Source: Tubulanus polymorphus (lineage: Eukaryota > Animalia > Nemertea). Taken from it: 64,000 nucleotides of DNA. The position numbers and the translations under genes were made by a program. The stretch spans positions 30,918,299 through 30,982,298 of the forward strand of contig NC_134025.1 of assembly GCF_964204645.1 (NCBI RefSeq), given 5' to 3'. Below are positions 1 through 15,736 of this stretch, in pieces. Numbering within the stretch: position 1 is the first letter of the stretch; every line of letters starts with the position of its first letter. Below the pieces are notes generated by a model. The model had not been told where the DNA came from. It saw only the letters and a program-made list of their open reading frames with translations, and searched no databases.

Positions 1-659
1 CAAGAATGGACTACCCTAGGATTATACCACCTGAGGTCAATGGAATAACCCTAACCCTAGGGCTATTACACCTGAGTAAGGGTTAGTCCATTCCAATCAT
101 AGGTGAGGGAAGTTAATTCAAATTAGGTGACAAACTATAGACAAGTCACAATCTTAAACACCTTCCAAGGGGAAACACCTTCCCAGGGGATACTCATGTT
201 TACAGTGGATAATACACTACAATCATCAGAAATCATTGGAATTTTTCTAAACTCTTTTCAATATTTACAGAACTAGTCGTATAGGATAATGATGAATATA
301 CTACATTTGAGTATTTCTGACTGAAGAAAGATTGAATAAATTTTGAGATACGAGCCCCGGATCAAAATCTCATCAGTCACCAGAGTATAGTTTCCCACTA
401 TGTGGCGCTAGTGTTACTAAGGATTTAGGGTTATGGTAGAGATAAAGCACATAACCATTGGGGACAAAGTTCACGCTTTACATCTCACACAACCCCCAAA
501 TGTAATCCTATCAGGCTAGAACTTTTGAAACCGAATTATTATTCAGAGTGGCCTGATACAACCAGTTACCCACAGTATCGGATGTTAGAATACACCGGTC
601 TGGATGATTGCCCAACCCTGCTCGCCAGGTCTATCGTCCTGATAGCACTGGATACGTAC

Positions 660-897
660 CCAGTAAGATGTATTTCTCATCATTAATAAGTACATTGAAT
701 TCAACCTCAGTGAATTCTCCATCTATCAATTCTTCACCCTCGATCTGTTTCTCAGGAACAGCGGGAGCAGCTTCCAGTTCTCCATTCTCAGTATCATCGT
801 CCACATTATCCGATGATTTGTTTAATTGTTTCGAATGTTTCTTCTTTTTTATTAATGCTGTATTGTTTTGGTCATCAGATATTTTCCTTTTAGCCAT
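660..897 (-). CDS. First coding exon of a minus-strand gene continuing left of the window; possibly URB1/NPA1 (nucleolar pre-ribosomal-associated protein 1)
   Basis: ATG at 897. Basic NLS-like start (MAKRK...KKKKH), then an acidic tract and EFTEVEFNVLINDEKYILLG, ending at a G|GTACGT donor at 659. The resemblance to the URB1 N-terminus is from memory and weak. Divergent from CHMP1B across about 340 bp. Confidence 0.4.
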
Positions 898-1238
898 TGA
901 AACTTATAGAAATTGTCACTTAATTAATTACTTTTACACACGTGGAAAAAATGTTGGGAGATGTTTTGGCGCAACGACCTTGAAATAACGGGGATAGCTA
1001 GCCTTCACCGAAAAAGATAAAGCTCGGATCTGGTCGTACTACCGCGATGTGAATGGAATGCCCTGATGGGATTGATATACTCGGAGCTACCCATTTCTCG
1101 ATTCACTAACTAACGGAACAGGATTTTCATATGGATGTTAGGTAGCGCTGTTGACAGTAAGTAATGATTCAATGATTCACGGTCTGCTGATAATTAATTT
1201 TTGAAGTAAAAAGAAGGTTTTAAATACGATTCGTAAAA

Positions 1239-4200
1239 ATGTTTGGTGGTGGAAACAATTTAGAAAGTATCCTTTTATTAGAAATAGCTGTAAGAATGAG
1301 GAGGAGAGGGTCTTCTGGCACTCTCAATCAACTGAGTGTCAATAATCCGAATATTGGAATAAACATAATAAATGAATTTTATTGCTGAGAATGGTTAATC
1401 CTTCATAACAAACCGCAGAGGAACTTTTCAACTTGAAGTTTGCTGCTAAGAATCTGGAAAGATCGTCAAAAAAATGTGAGAAAGAAGAGAAAACTGAAAA
1501 ACTCAAGCTTAAAAAGGTAGGCCTAAATCAAATTGAAGAAGAAGTTTATTAACACCTGTATTAACAAATGATGTATGCGATTTGTAGATTAGTTTTTAAA
1601 CAGGGGTTGTAAAGTTGTAGTAGTCGGTAACCTATCTGTGGTTTAGTTTCGCGATAGCAGTTTCACAAACCACAAAGGCCTACATACAGATCGTTAAAGC
1701 TTACCATCAACAGGGTAGTAGTAGTCTGAATACCAGTCTTATGGTTTATGGGTCCCCTTAGTCAGTAACCTGTCTGTGGTTTAGTTTCACGATCAGATAT
1801 TTTCACAAGTTCGTATAAGCCCATCCGATTATAAAAAGCTTACCACCAACGATTAGGGTTCCCCTTAGTTAGTCTGAATGCCAGTCGTTGTTACAGGTTT
1901 CCTTGTTTGGGGAACAACGGCTAGGTACTAGACCAGGGTTGTAATTAACAAGTAATTAGTCATCTGGGCCCGGTTTTATAGACTGGTATTAACATTAACC
2001 GGGGGGGGGCTAACTTAATTCATTTTCAATTGAGTTAACCCCCAGGTTAAAGATAAAAGATAATACCAGTCTATAAAACTGGGCCCTGGTATTCATAGTA
2101 ATGATGAAGTCCACCAGTTTTGTTGTTTCAATATTTTCTGTGATATTTTCAGGCCATTCAAAAGGGAAATATGGATGGGGCCAAAATCTATGCGGAAAAC
2201 GCCATTCGACAGAAGAATCAGGCTTTGCATTTTATAAGATTGAGTTCTAGAGTAGATGCAGTTTCACAGAGAGTACAAACTGCAGTTACTATGAAACAAG
2301 TCACTGGTTCAATGTCAGGTGTTTGTCACTCTATGGCCGCTGCCTTAAAATCTATGGATTTAGAAAAGGTAGGTTATTTAACATATAGACTCCTTCTTAC
2401 TCGGTTCCTGTCAACTTTACAGTAGACTCCTCAGTACTCGGTACTGGTCAACTCTACAGTAGACTCCTCAGTACTCGGTACTGGTCGACTCTACAGTGGA
2501 CTCCTCAGTCCTCGGTACTGGTCAACTCTACAGTAGACTCCTCTTTACTCGGTACCGGTCAACTCTACAGTAGACTCCTCAGTACTCGGTACTGGTCAAC
2601 TCTACAGTAGACTCCTCAGTACTCGGTACTGGTCAACTCTACAGTAGACTCCTCAGTCCTCGGTACTGGTCAACTCTACATTAGACTCCTCAGTCCTCGG
2701 TACTGGTCAACTCTACAGTAGACTCCTCAGTCCTCGGTACTGGTCGACTCTACAGTGGACTCCTCAGTCCTCGGTACTGGTCAACTCTACAGTAGACTCC
2801 TCAGTACTCGGTACTGGTCGACTCTACAGTAGACTCCTCAGTCCTCGGTACTGGTCGACTCTACAGTGGACTCCTCAGTCCTCGGTACTGGTCAACTCTA
2901 CAGTAGACTCCTCTTTACTCGGTACCGGTCAACTCTACAGTAGACTCCTCAGTCCTCGGTACTGGTCAACTCTACAGTAGACTCCTCAGTCCTCGGTACT
3001 GGTCAACTCTACAGTAGACTCCTCAGTCCTCGGTACTGGTCAACTCTACAGTAGACTCCTCAGTCCTCGGTACTGGTCGACTCTACAGTGGAATCCTCAG
3101 TCCTCGGTACTGGTCAACTCTACAGTAGACTCCTCAGTACTCGGTACTGGTCGACTCTACAGTAGACTCCTCAGTCCTCGGTACTGGTCGACTCTACAGT
3201 GGACTCCTCAGTCCTCGGTACTGGTCAACTCTACAGTAGACTCCTCAGTCCTCGGTACTGGTCAACTCTACAGTAGACTCCTCAGTTCTCGGTACTGGTC
3301 GACTCTACAGTGGACTCCTCAGTCCTCGGTACTGGTCGACTCTACAGTAGACTCCTCAGTCCTCGGTACTGGTCAACTCTACGGTAGACTCCTCAGTACC
3401 TCGAGTAGACTCCTAGTCTCAAGTTTTAGGTGAATTTTACGTAAATTGATTTGGAACAATTTGTTCATTCACTGGTTCTCAACTCAATGAAATATTTTCT
3501 TCAGCCGCAGTCCCAACAATTATAAAGCAAACTGTTGGTTTTTGATAGATTTTGATTCAGACCCTTATTCATCTTACGGCTGTTTTTGTTTTGATAGGTG
3601 CAAGCATTAATGGATAAATTTGAGAAACAATTCGAACAGCTGGATGTACAAACACAAGTAATGGATGGTTCAATGCAGGCCACAACTACTTTGAATGTAC
3701 CACAGAATGAGGTCGATACTTTAATGCAACAAGTCGCTGATGAACATGGGTAAATTTATGTGTCATTGCCTTTAGTTACCTATGGGATATATACTTAGAT
3801 TTCCCCCATGTATGGCCCTCTATATACCCCTGTCTCTATAGGGGCCACACTTGTAGAGACAAAGACTCTACTCTGACTTATATGGTTTATAACAGACTTT
3901 TATTTCTCAAAGTTCAACAGTTTGTAATCATTCATCTGTACAAGTATTAGATTACTGAACTCACAAACATAATAGCATGTCATGAATAACAACTTTAAAT
4001 GACATTATGAACTCACTAAAATACGAATGTATCAATACAATTAAAAATCTATTCGCTTCTCTGCAGTGTAGGAACATAATACTCAAAAACTGCATGTATG
4101 AAAGAATAAAGGTTTGAAATGGGCTAAACCTTCTAAATCGAGATTCATTGCCAGCCTCCCTCGTGTATACTACAGATTCCTCTCTGAAAATAGAATTAAC

Positions 4201-4446
4201 GCGTCGTGAAATCTATTGTCTTCTGTTATTATAGTTTGGAAGTGAATATGGAACTGCCTGCTGGTCAAACAGGTTCACTCGGTGCATCTACTGCGGCTTC
4301 ACACGAACAGGTTAGTACTTGTACCTGTAGTTCATTATCAAAAAGTTTGAAACAATTCAGACATTTCGTAACACTTTCCTATGTTTATTTATTCTCTAAT
4401 TCAGGATGAATTATCGGTGCGTTTGGCAAAACTACGACAAACTTGA
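1239..4446 (+). CDS. CHMP1B: Charged multivesicular body protein 1B (ESCRT-III, Snf7 family), 6 coding exons
   Basis: Exons ~1239-1266, 1419-1516, 2153-2368, 3598-3749, 4235-4310, 4405-4446 splice in frame: MFGGGNNLEKELFNLKFAAKNLERSSKKCEKEEK...AIQKGNMDGAKIYAENAIRQKNQA...MELPAGQTGS...QDELSVRLAKLRQT*, including the C-terminal MIM motif. Confidence 0.95.
1267..1418 (+). other. Probable U12-type (minor spliceosome) GT-AG intron
   Basis: 5' splice site GTATCCTTTT matches the U12 consensus. A TCCTTCATAAC branch-like motif lies ~10-20 nt upstream of CAG, and there is no polypyrimidine tract. Confidence 0.75.
1967..2085. mobile_element. Palindromic MITE, PIF/Harbinger-like
   Basis: TIRs GGCCCGGTTTTATAGACTGGTATTA / TAATACCAGTCTATAAAACTGGGCC flanked by CTG direct repeats. 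Related copies at ~38240-38326 and ~42863-42965. Confidence 0.75.
2385..3400. repeat. 37-bp minisatellite, ~27 copies, in CHMP1B intron 3
   Basis: Unit TAGACTCCTCAGT(C/A)CTCGGTACTGGTC(A/G)ACTCTACAG, head-to-tail with no spacers. Confidence 0.95.
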
Positions 4447-5227
4447 ATCAGAATCAGAATTATTTCTCATTATTTCGAACTAGTTTTCGTTGTTAAAAGT
4501 ATTTTTCAAATGTTTGTAAAACTTGATAGGTTTGTCTGGTATCATTTTGGAATCAGTTGTTCAAGGGTTGATTTGAGTTTAACCAGTGGTTTTATCTGTG
4601 GTTACAATAGACTTTTAATTGTCACTTTGTTGACGACTCTAACCACCTTCTGAGCAACTTCAGTCCCTTACATTCATCCTCAGTCAAACTATAGTTTCCC
4701 CTCAACTCAAAGATGAGCGTTTTGATCCTGAATGATGTACCATCCAACTAGAATTTTGTTCTCAAATCAGACAAATATTCACAGTCCGAAAAGAAAATTT
4801 GATTAATTAATCACCTATGTGTTGTTCCTTGTATATAATGTAAATAGATTGTGATATACTTGTAGTTTAGTTTCTTTCACTGATTGTATTTCAGTGAAGT
4901 TTCACGTGTAACAAATATTTCATATTTAACAAATCATTAACTCTAAGAATTGACAAATCATTATTGTTCATTCAGTTAATAAAATGGTTCTGTTCTAATA
5001 TACTAATCCATCGAAGATATTGTTTGTTTTAAGTCAGAGGTTTATCATCACCAGCAATTGTGTAAGAATTATCATCTTAGCTATTGATATATGACATGTA
5101 TGTATTACAAATAAACTATACGTTATTGTAATTAACTGTCTGATAAAGAGTTATCTATTTGTGATTGCGCAATACGATTGATTTGGACTCCACCAGGTGC
5201 TGCCACCTTCTGTAGATTGTAGTAAAT

Positions 5228-8545
<3,318 letters not shown>

Positions 8546-9228
8546 CAGTAGTAGCTTTATGCGTCAGGGGATCGCGGGGAATGGGTTTGCAGTATGTGTT
8601 GAAACTTCAGATTAAGGATACAATGAAACTCACTCAAGTTAGTGTCATATATTTTGTGATCGGATGGCAGTATATTGAATTGGGTTCAATAATGTGACGA
8701 CTTTTCCAGAGTTATATTGTGTAGTTATTAACTATGTGGTGGTAAAGATGCATTCCTCTTTGCAAAACATATCCACTCAAAAAGGCTATTGTAGAGCATA
8801 TATACTGACTGGGGTCTCTAGGTTACTGTAATCAGAGTGTGTGTGAGTGTCAATTATTTCAAATTATCATGTGATGATGTTTTATAAACTATTCAATATT
8901 AAAAACTCGTGTGTGAATGATTGAAAATCAATTGCGTTTCTTAAACTATATTTGAAATGGATTTTCATGTGTGGCCGGCTTCAATTTGCTAAGGAATGCT
9001 CCGGTTATTGCAGTGGATTGCTCCGATACTAAGGACTTCGCGGGGTTACACGAATACTCAAGAACAAGGATCCTCTGGCAAGCGAGTACTGCGGTCATGC
9101 TGCACATACTACAGAATTCAATTCAATTATACACTTTATTGATACAAAACTTCACTTCGAACACAAATCATCGGTGGAAGATTGTTTTAGCTCATATGAT
9201 ATCATTTTGAAGAAATTCATCGTTAAAT

Positions 9229-10200
9229 ATGTCTCATCTGAAACCGTGGATGTGAGTTTTATTTGTCTTGACCCCAAAATTCATTTTTTTCACCGATTCA
9301 TTGATCTCCTCGCAGAAAATTTCAGTTCTAAAAACCTTTTTTCATCTTTTTTCTTTGGTCAGATTTTATCCATTCCCTATTAGCTTTTATCTCAACCGAT
9401 TGCTGCTAAATAATTATATGAATTTGTCTATGCTATATGAATTTCTGTATGCTCTTTTTTTCAGTCCACTATGGAAGCGTTTAGTTAAACCCTACCCTCT
9501 TTACGTTAAAGGCGATCCACAAATTCGAATATTTTTCCCCGAATTTTGGATGAAACTCGTGAAACCAGAGAAAAAACTGCCTTCAGATTATGTGATGTTT
9601 CACGTTCATCCACAGTAAGTATTGTCCATTTCTCTTTACACACACATTTTTGGGCATTTTTCAAATCATTGATTAATATTTTGTATTTTCTTTTAAGGAT
9701 GACTAAAAATGATATTAAACAGTATTTAGAGAAGATTTATAACGTGCCAGTTTTAAGCATAAGAACTGAGTTCAGACAAGGTCAGTATTTAGTTCGTACC
9801 CCCCTCAATGATAGTCTATATTACTCTGTAATGTCTGATATTCTGTTTCAGGGAAGAAGAAAACACATCCTTACTATGGTCACGATATTCCACCAGAGGA
9901 CGATGAACATTTTGCTTATGTACAATTAGTAAGTATGAATGTGCAGCCTCTGTACATCCTCATCACCTGCACTCATTCAGATAAACTGCTGTTTGCATGT
10001 TTTATTATTATTTGATAAACAGTTTGTTTATTTCAATTATTTGACAGAAAGACGATAATTTTCAATGGCCTGATTTGTTCGGTGGTAAAAAGACTCCTCA
10101 GGAAAAAGTTCTCGACGATGTTAAGAAACAGCGAAATGAAGCTAATAAAAATTATGTGAATTCCTGGAAAGTTCAGAGTATTCCGTCATGGTTTAGGTAG
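9229..10200 (+). CDS. MRPL23: Mitochondrial ribosomal protein uL23m, 5 exons
   Basis: Exons ~9229-9251, 9465-9614, 9698-9780, 9852-9928, 10048-10200: YPLYVKGDPQIRIFFPEFWMKLV...MTKNDIKQYLEKIYNVPVLSIRT...FAYVQL...FQWPDLF...IPSWFR*. Confidence 0.92.
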
Positions 10201-10265
10201 CTGCTGTTGCATCATGGTTTCGGTAGCTGCTGGAGGAGTAGGTTTTGGCTCGTGCCACACCTTTT

Positions 10266-10415
10266 TCAGCCATCCACGCGGACGAGACTAAGACGTTGTC
10301 GACTATGCGATTTTGTCTTCACAAGACCAAGTAATTCTTCATCATCATCAATATCTTCAGCCCAAACTCCGATCAACAACACGGCGATAAGAAGCAAACA
10401 CAAGAGAACCTTCTT
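10266..10415 (-). pseudogene. Secreted prepropeptide family copy A; start codon lost
   Basis: Reads (AAG in place of ATG)KVLLCLLLIAVLLIGVWAEDIDDDEELLGLVKTKSHSRQRLSLVRVDG*. Same GGCGCn-start context as the other copies, but ATG>AAG and KR>KT. Confidence 0.8.
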
Positions 10416-11459
10416 TGCGCCGCCTGTCTGGGGATATTTATATTTAGAAAACTATAGAGTTCCAATAACGAATAGGCGTGTAATGATTTGTACCGTGGTC
10501 AAGAATCGACTAAGAGTCAGGATCGAGATCGACTAATGTGATCATGTGATCGTGGCCAAAAAGTTGACGTGGTTTCAATCAAATAAATCTTCAAAATTTT
10601 ATCTCGTAAATTACAGTGTGCGATTTTACCTGTTTTGCTGATGTTTATTCACGTTTCACGTATTGAAGCTGCTGTCATCGATTCCTGTGATGATATCGTC
10701 GTCTTACACACAACCGCACATTTTATACAGTTGCATAATAATCCTTACCATCAGTATTTTTTACTGCATAATTCCAGTTTAATGAATAATGTATCAGTAT
10801 ATTTCTTATGGGCATATTATAATACATTATTAGAACATAACTACAATATTTCCTTTGAAGTAATTGTTTAAGATAAATTCGTTGCTAAAAAGTAAATCCT
10901 GCGGCAGCCGCAGCTGCGTTATTTGATACATATTATTAAAGTATAAATCAATGGATTTATGTTTGATGAATTATATAAGAGGTTTATTTAGTCTAACGAT
11001 TTATTTAAAATCAAGACTTATAAAAGTATTCGTTTTTACTAGATCAAAAACTAGCATTTGAAAAAAATTTCGCTGTAATAACTTTCTGCTAAAAGTAACT
11101 TCCAGGCTGGATGGAAATCGTCTACACGAACCGGAACCTAAATTTCCGTATATCATGTATTTAGATTGAAACAAAAAAAATTCGTAGCAACCAAGGGATA
11201 TAAATTTCTTTATTTGTCAACATCCAGAAATCTTCTCGTGCCCTTGCTGACACCATGACAAACATTAAGGTGTTATACTACTACGTTTATATCTGGATCC
11301 AGTTCCCAGTCGTGAGTTCAGATTTGACTCAGAGTTGTTAACTTATTGCAAATTAACTCATTTTAACTCAAGAGTTAACTCTAACTCACAACTGTGGAAA
11401 TGTGTCCAGTACTTCAATTTCTGTTATCCAAATCTAAGTCCTTGTATCGGCATTCCCGG

Positions 11460-11460
<1 letters not shown>

Positions 11461-11557
<97 letters not shown>

Positions 11558-11558
11558 T
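11461..11558. repeat. Compound (TG)n(TGCG)n microsatellite
   Basis: Directly visible. Confidence 0.95.
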
Positions 11559-11724
11559 CTGTGACTGGTTGGTTTGATTATGAAATCAATAGAATCAATC
11601 AAAATCACCCGTATGCAAAGTTCGAAGAAACTTCTATTACTAAAAAAACTAAATTCAAAATTAATTTGTTTAATGTGAATTTGTTAAAACATTTCAATTA
11701 CATCAATTACTTATTGGATTGTAA

Positions 11725-11943
11725 TTATATCGATTTGATATCCATTTGTTTCTTCCCCTGTAGCAGCGTTTTCGCGGGTTTAACTGGTAGTTTTGCAAAT
11801 TTTGGATTATTTTTCCGCTTGAACGACGAAAAGTTGTTCCATGACCTCTTCACATCAGTAACTTCTTCATCATCGTCATCTATCTCTTCTGCCCAAACTC
11901 CAATCAATAACACGGTTACAACGAGACACCAGAAAACCTTCAT
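11725..11943 (-). CDS. Secreted prepropeptide copy B (72 aa), candidate antimicrobial or toxin peptide precursor
   Basis: MKVFWCLVVTVLLIGVWA | EEIDDDDEEVTDV-KR | SWNNFSSF-KR-KNNPKFAKLPVKPAKTLLQ-GKK-QMDIKSI. Signal, acidic pro-piece, dibasic sites, Lys-rich cargo and GKK. Confidence 0.85.
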   Translation of the reverse strand: MKVFWCLVVTVLLIGVWAEEIDDDDEEVTDVKRSWNNFSSFKRKNNPKFAKLPVKPAKTLLQGKKQMDIKSI

Positions 11944-13588
11944 CGCACCGCCTATTGGTGAAGAATAACGTTAAATACATTATTAACCGTACGTATATAA
12001 AAGGTTTGACACTAGAAATCACAAAATTTGAGTTCCGAAAGTAAAAATATTGGAATTAATCCAAATAGTCGCTGTTAGAATAATACAGCCATCATTAGGT
12101 ATACTTGAACCTGTCAGTCACCCAGCTGAAAACTTGTGGAACTTTGACTCATATTATTTCCAGGCAGGAATTTTTATTTGAACATAGATTTGCGTTTATA
12201 AATCTAGCAGATATTGTTACTGTTTCTACTTTAAGATCATCAAAACTCATATGAAGCCTTTATTGAATTCCTACCTTTCCTCTCCTGGATTTTCACACAA
12301 ATAAGAAGCTGAAATCTTCTGTGATTTTCTCTTCATGTCAGCTGTTTTTATACTTTTCCAGATATTGTTTATTTATGAGGAGATTAATCAAACTCGCAGT
12401 CGTTTTATTTGAGTTTAATTCCAGTTTGATGAATGTTAGTCATATTTTAGTGTTTTTGCAATAAATCCGACATTATAGTATTAGATGTTCATTTGAAGTC
12501 AATCTCTTATATAGATTTGCAGATGTTTTCAATTTCCCCCGAAAGATGAAGTTAATCATCCTCTGGCGGCTGTTGTCATAACACGTGTTTATATTATATA
12601 GTATATTTTAAATGAAATATTGAACCTAAATTCATTGCATGAACTGTTTCTGCTGAAATCGGCGCCAAGCTAGCCACTCGGGCACCTATGGATCCTAACA
12701 CCAGTTCGTTCGTCATCAGCAGCTTCCATCAGAACGTTCCTTTTACGCGACTCAAACTCCATTGGATTTTTGTGTGATAAATTATTGATATGAGAGGTTT
12801 TTTCTTGAGCTCTTTAAAATGGAGGTACTTTTTATTAAGACATTTGAAAAAAACTGCACCGTAAGAACTTTCTGCTAAAAGTATGTAACTTCCAGGCTCG
12901 GCGGAAATTGTTGACATGAACTGGAACCGAAATTTCCAAATATGTTGTCTTTCGATTGAAACAAAAAATTCTGTAAATTTCACTTATTATCCAAATTCAG
13001 CAGTCTATGACCTGGAGCATTGGTACGTGTTGCGGCACGTTCGAATCAAGAGGAAAGTTTCACCTTGGGTTCGATCGAACATGAGATAGGGTTAGGGTTA
13101 GCCAGCTGTCGTTTCCCAAACAACAAGTTGCATGGGAACCCGCACCTGAAGCCCCGGTATCAAAACAGAAAAAGAGAATTAAATCAGCGTTCATTAATTT
13201 CATCAAGCGATTAGATTCCTAAATTCATTGCATAAACTGGTAAATATTCGTCAACTGTTTTTCGACGGCCCGGGTAAAACCAGTTGAGTACCGGTAAAAT
13301 GTTAGCCTCTCGGGGGTTTAATCTCCTGAAACATGTCTCCTAACATCAGTCCGTTCATCATTAGAGTCAGCATTTTCAACCAAAACGTTTCTTTCGCGGT
13401 GGCTCGATGCTCTAAGTATTCTAAGTATCTGGTTCAGGCAGCTACACGGGGACCCGTGAGAGTTCAACATCAGAATTATCGCCTGCCCAAACCCCATCCA
13501 CCATTAACACGGCAATGAACAAACACAAAAACAATTTCCTTCGTTCCTATTTGAGGACATTGTGAAATAAGAAACGGCCCAACAAATA

Positions 13589-13890
13589 GCGTAGTTGACT
13601 CTCAGGCCGTGGCATGCGGCCCACCTCGTCGCGTAGTTGACTCTCAGACCGTGGCATGCGGCCCACCTCGTCGCGTAGTTGACTCTCAGACCGTGGCATG
13701 CGGCCCACCTCGTCGCGTAGTTGACTCTCAGACCGTGGCATGCGGCCCACCTCGTCGCGTAGTTGACTCTCAGACCGTGGCATGCGGCCCACCTCGTCGC
13801 GTAGTTGACTCTCAGACCGTGGCATGCGGCCCACCTCGTCGCGTAGTTGACTCTCAGACCGTGGCATGCGGCCCACCTCGTCGCGTAGTT
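13589..13890. repeat. 42-bp minisatellite, ~7 copies
   Basis: Unit GCGTAGTTGACTCTCAGACCGTGGCATGCGGCCCACCTCGTC. Explains the repetitive ORFs in several frames. Confidence 0.95.
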
Positions 13891-14032
13891 CACTTTGCAA
13901 TCCGTGGCTAGAAGTTTTAGGCAGTACTCTTAAAGATAGAAGTGGTAAAATGAATTGAAACCTGTGATTAAAATCGTCAGAATTTGAGATAGATAATCTT
14001 TAATGTTCAATGTGGATTTATTTACCACAGGT

Positions 14033-14251
14033 TTAACAGAACGGAGGGCAACGAGTTCGATTAAACAGCATTGCCCAGAAATCGACGTCTGATAAACGGC
14101 GGACGAGGCCAAGAGCTCGGTGCCGAGGATTCATTTTCCTCTACATAACATCAGTTATTTCATCATCGGTATCGTCATCAGTTTCTTCAGTTTCTTCAGC
14201 CCAAATTCCTAACAAAACGGCACCAAGCACCAAATATAGGAGAACCTTCAT
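14033..14251 (-). pseudogene. Secreted prepropeptide copy C with a premature stop at the KR site
   Basis: MKVLLYLVLGAVLLGIWAEETEETDDDTDDEITDVM*RKMNPRHRALGLVRRLSDVDFWAMLFNRTRCPPFC*. TAG (14143-14141) replaces the AAG (Lys) of KR. Missed by the ORF track. Confidence 0.85.
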
Positions 14252-14536
14252 CGCGCTACCTATTGGGGATATCAGAAAACAGCCAGACTAGTGTAAGGTG
14301 TATAGCGTTACTCGTAGTGTTGGGTCTCAGGCTTTTGCGCCTTTTGGTTCAGAATAAACACTGGAGATATCACAATGGCGAAACCATTGAGAGGAAATCA
14401 TCCGCATTTCAAGGTCGAAAATAACTCCTATTATTAAAGAACTTAATTCAAAATTTAACGTTTAATGTGAATTTATTAGACATTTCAATTACATCGCTTA
14501 CTTATTGAAATGTAATTACGTAAATTCGATGTTCAT

Positions 14537-14803
14537 TTATTTCTTTCCCTGTTGCCGCATTCTCTCGATCTGGTCGAGGACAAACTGCGGTATAGGATGA
14601 GGAAAGTTGGGTGCAACTGGTAAGAAATCAGTTTCTGGAACGTATGTCCGCGAATTCGGCCACTGCATATGGAACCGTGTGCCATCTGGCAGAATAAACC
14701 TCTTCTTTACATCAGTTCGTTTATCATCAGAATCATCATTAAACTCTTCTGCCCAAACTCCAACCAATAACACGGTTACAACGAGACACCAGAAAACCTT
14801 CAT
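14537..14803 (-). CDS. Secreted prepropeptide copy D (88 aa)
   Basis: MKVFWCLVVTVLLVGVWA | EEFNDDSDDKRTDV-KKR | FILPDGTRFHMQWPNSRTYVPETDFLPVAPNFPHPIPQFVLDQIERMRQQ-GKK*. The true ATG is at 14803; the ORF track extends into the intron. Confidence 0.85.
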   Translation of the reverse strand: MKVFWCLVVTVLLVGVWAEEFNDDSDDKRTDVKKRFILPDGTRFHMQWPNSRTYVPETDFLPVAPNFPHPIPQFVLDQIERMRQQGKK

Positions 14804-15736
14804 AGCGTCAACTGTTGATGAAAGAATATCGTTAAATGCATTATTTACATGAATAAGAAGTTTCACACTAGATTAGAAAAAGATTCAGAAAGAAGAAATA
14901 TTAGAATGGAACCAAATAGTTTTGTAGCGGTTGAAATAATACAGCCATCCCGAGGTGTACATAGTCACCCAGCTGAAACGTTATGGAACTTATCAAAATC
15001 ATTCCTCGTAAATCGCAGTATGAGAATTTTCATTTTATCAGCATAAATGTGTTCATAAATCTAATAGCAGATATTTTTACTGTTACTACATTAAGATTAT
15101 CAAAACACAGATGCAACTTCTAAACAGGATGTCTAAAAATGTGTAGTTATAGTCGATGTTCATATTACCAGTAAATGAATTAAGAATCGGGTAAAACAAC
15201 GAGTAGAATTCCTACCTTTTCTCTCCTGGATTTTCACACAAATAAGAAGCTGAAATCTTCTGTGATTTTCTCTTCCTATCAGCTATTTTTATACTATTCC
15301 TGATATTGGTTTATTTATGAGGAGATTTATCTCGCATTGGTTTTATCAGAGTTTAACTCCAGTTTAATGAATGCATTTATTACAGTCTAGTGTCTTTGCA
15401 ATAAATCCGACATTAAAGTATTAGAAATGTTCGTTTGAAGTAAATCTCTTATATAGATTTGCAGATATTTTCAATTATCCCCGAAAGATTCGGTTAATCT
15501 TCCTCTCGCAGCTGTGTGGTTTTTGCAGGTGTTATTTTTATATTAATAGTAAGTATATGTTCATGTATGATGAAATATTTTATTTAGTGTACGTGTCACG
15601 AAGAAAGAGTTCACTGAGGTTGAGATGAACAATCCATAAGTGGTTTGTTTTGGGAAACCAAGATCTGAACGATGAAAACAAGATAAAACAACAACAACAA
15701 ATTACAAACAAATGGCGGTACACCAGACAGATCTTT

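Noticed and set aside
2385-3400. 37-bp repeat array resembling a CRISPR in unit length
   Set aside because: Units are head-to-tail with no unique spacers, lie in a spliceosomal intron and have no cas genes nearby. It is a minisatellite.
13504-13911. Repetitive ORFs (NYATRWAACHGLRV)n and equivalents in other frames
   Set aside because: By-products of a 42-bp tandem repeat that is open in several frames on both strands.
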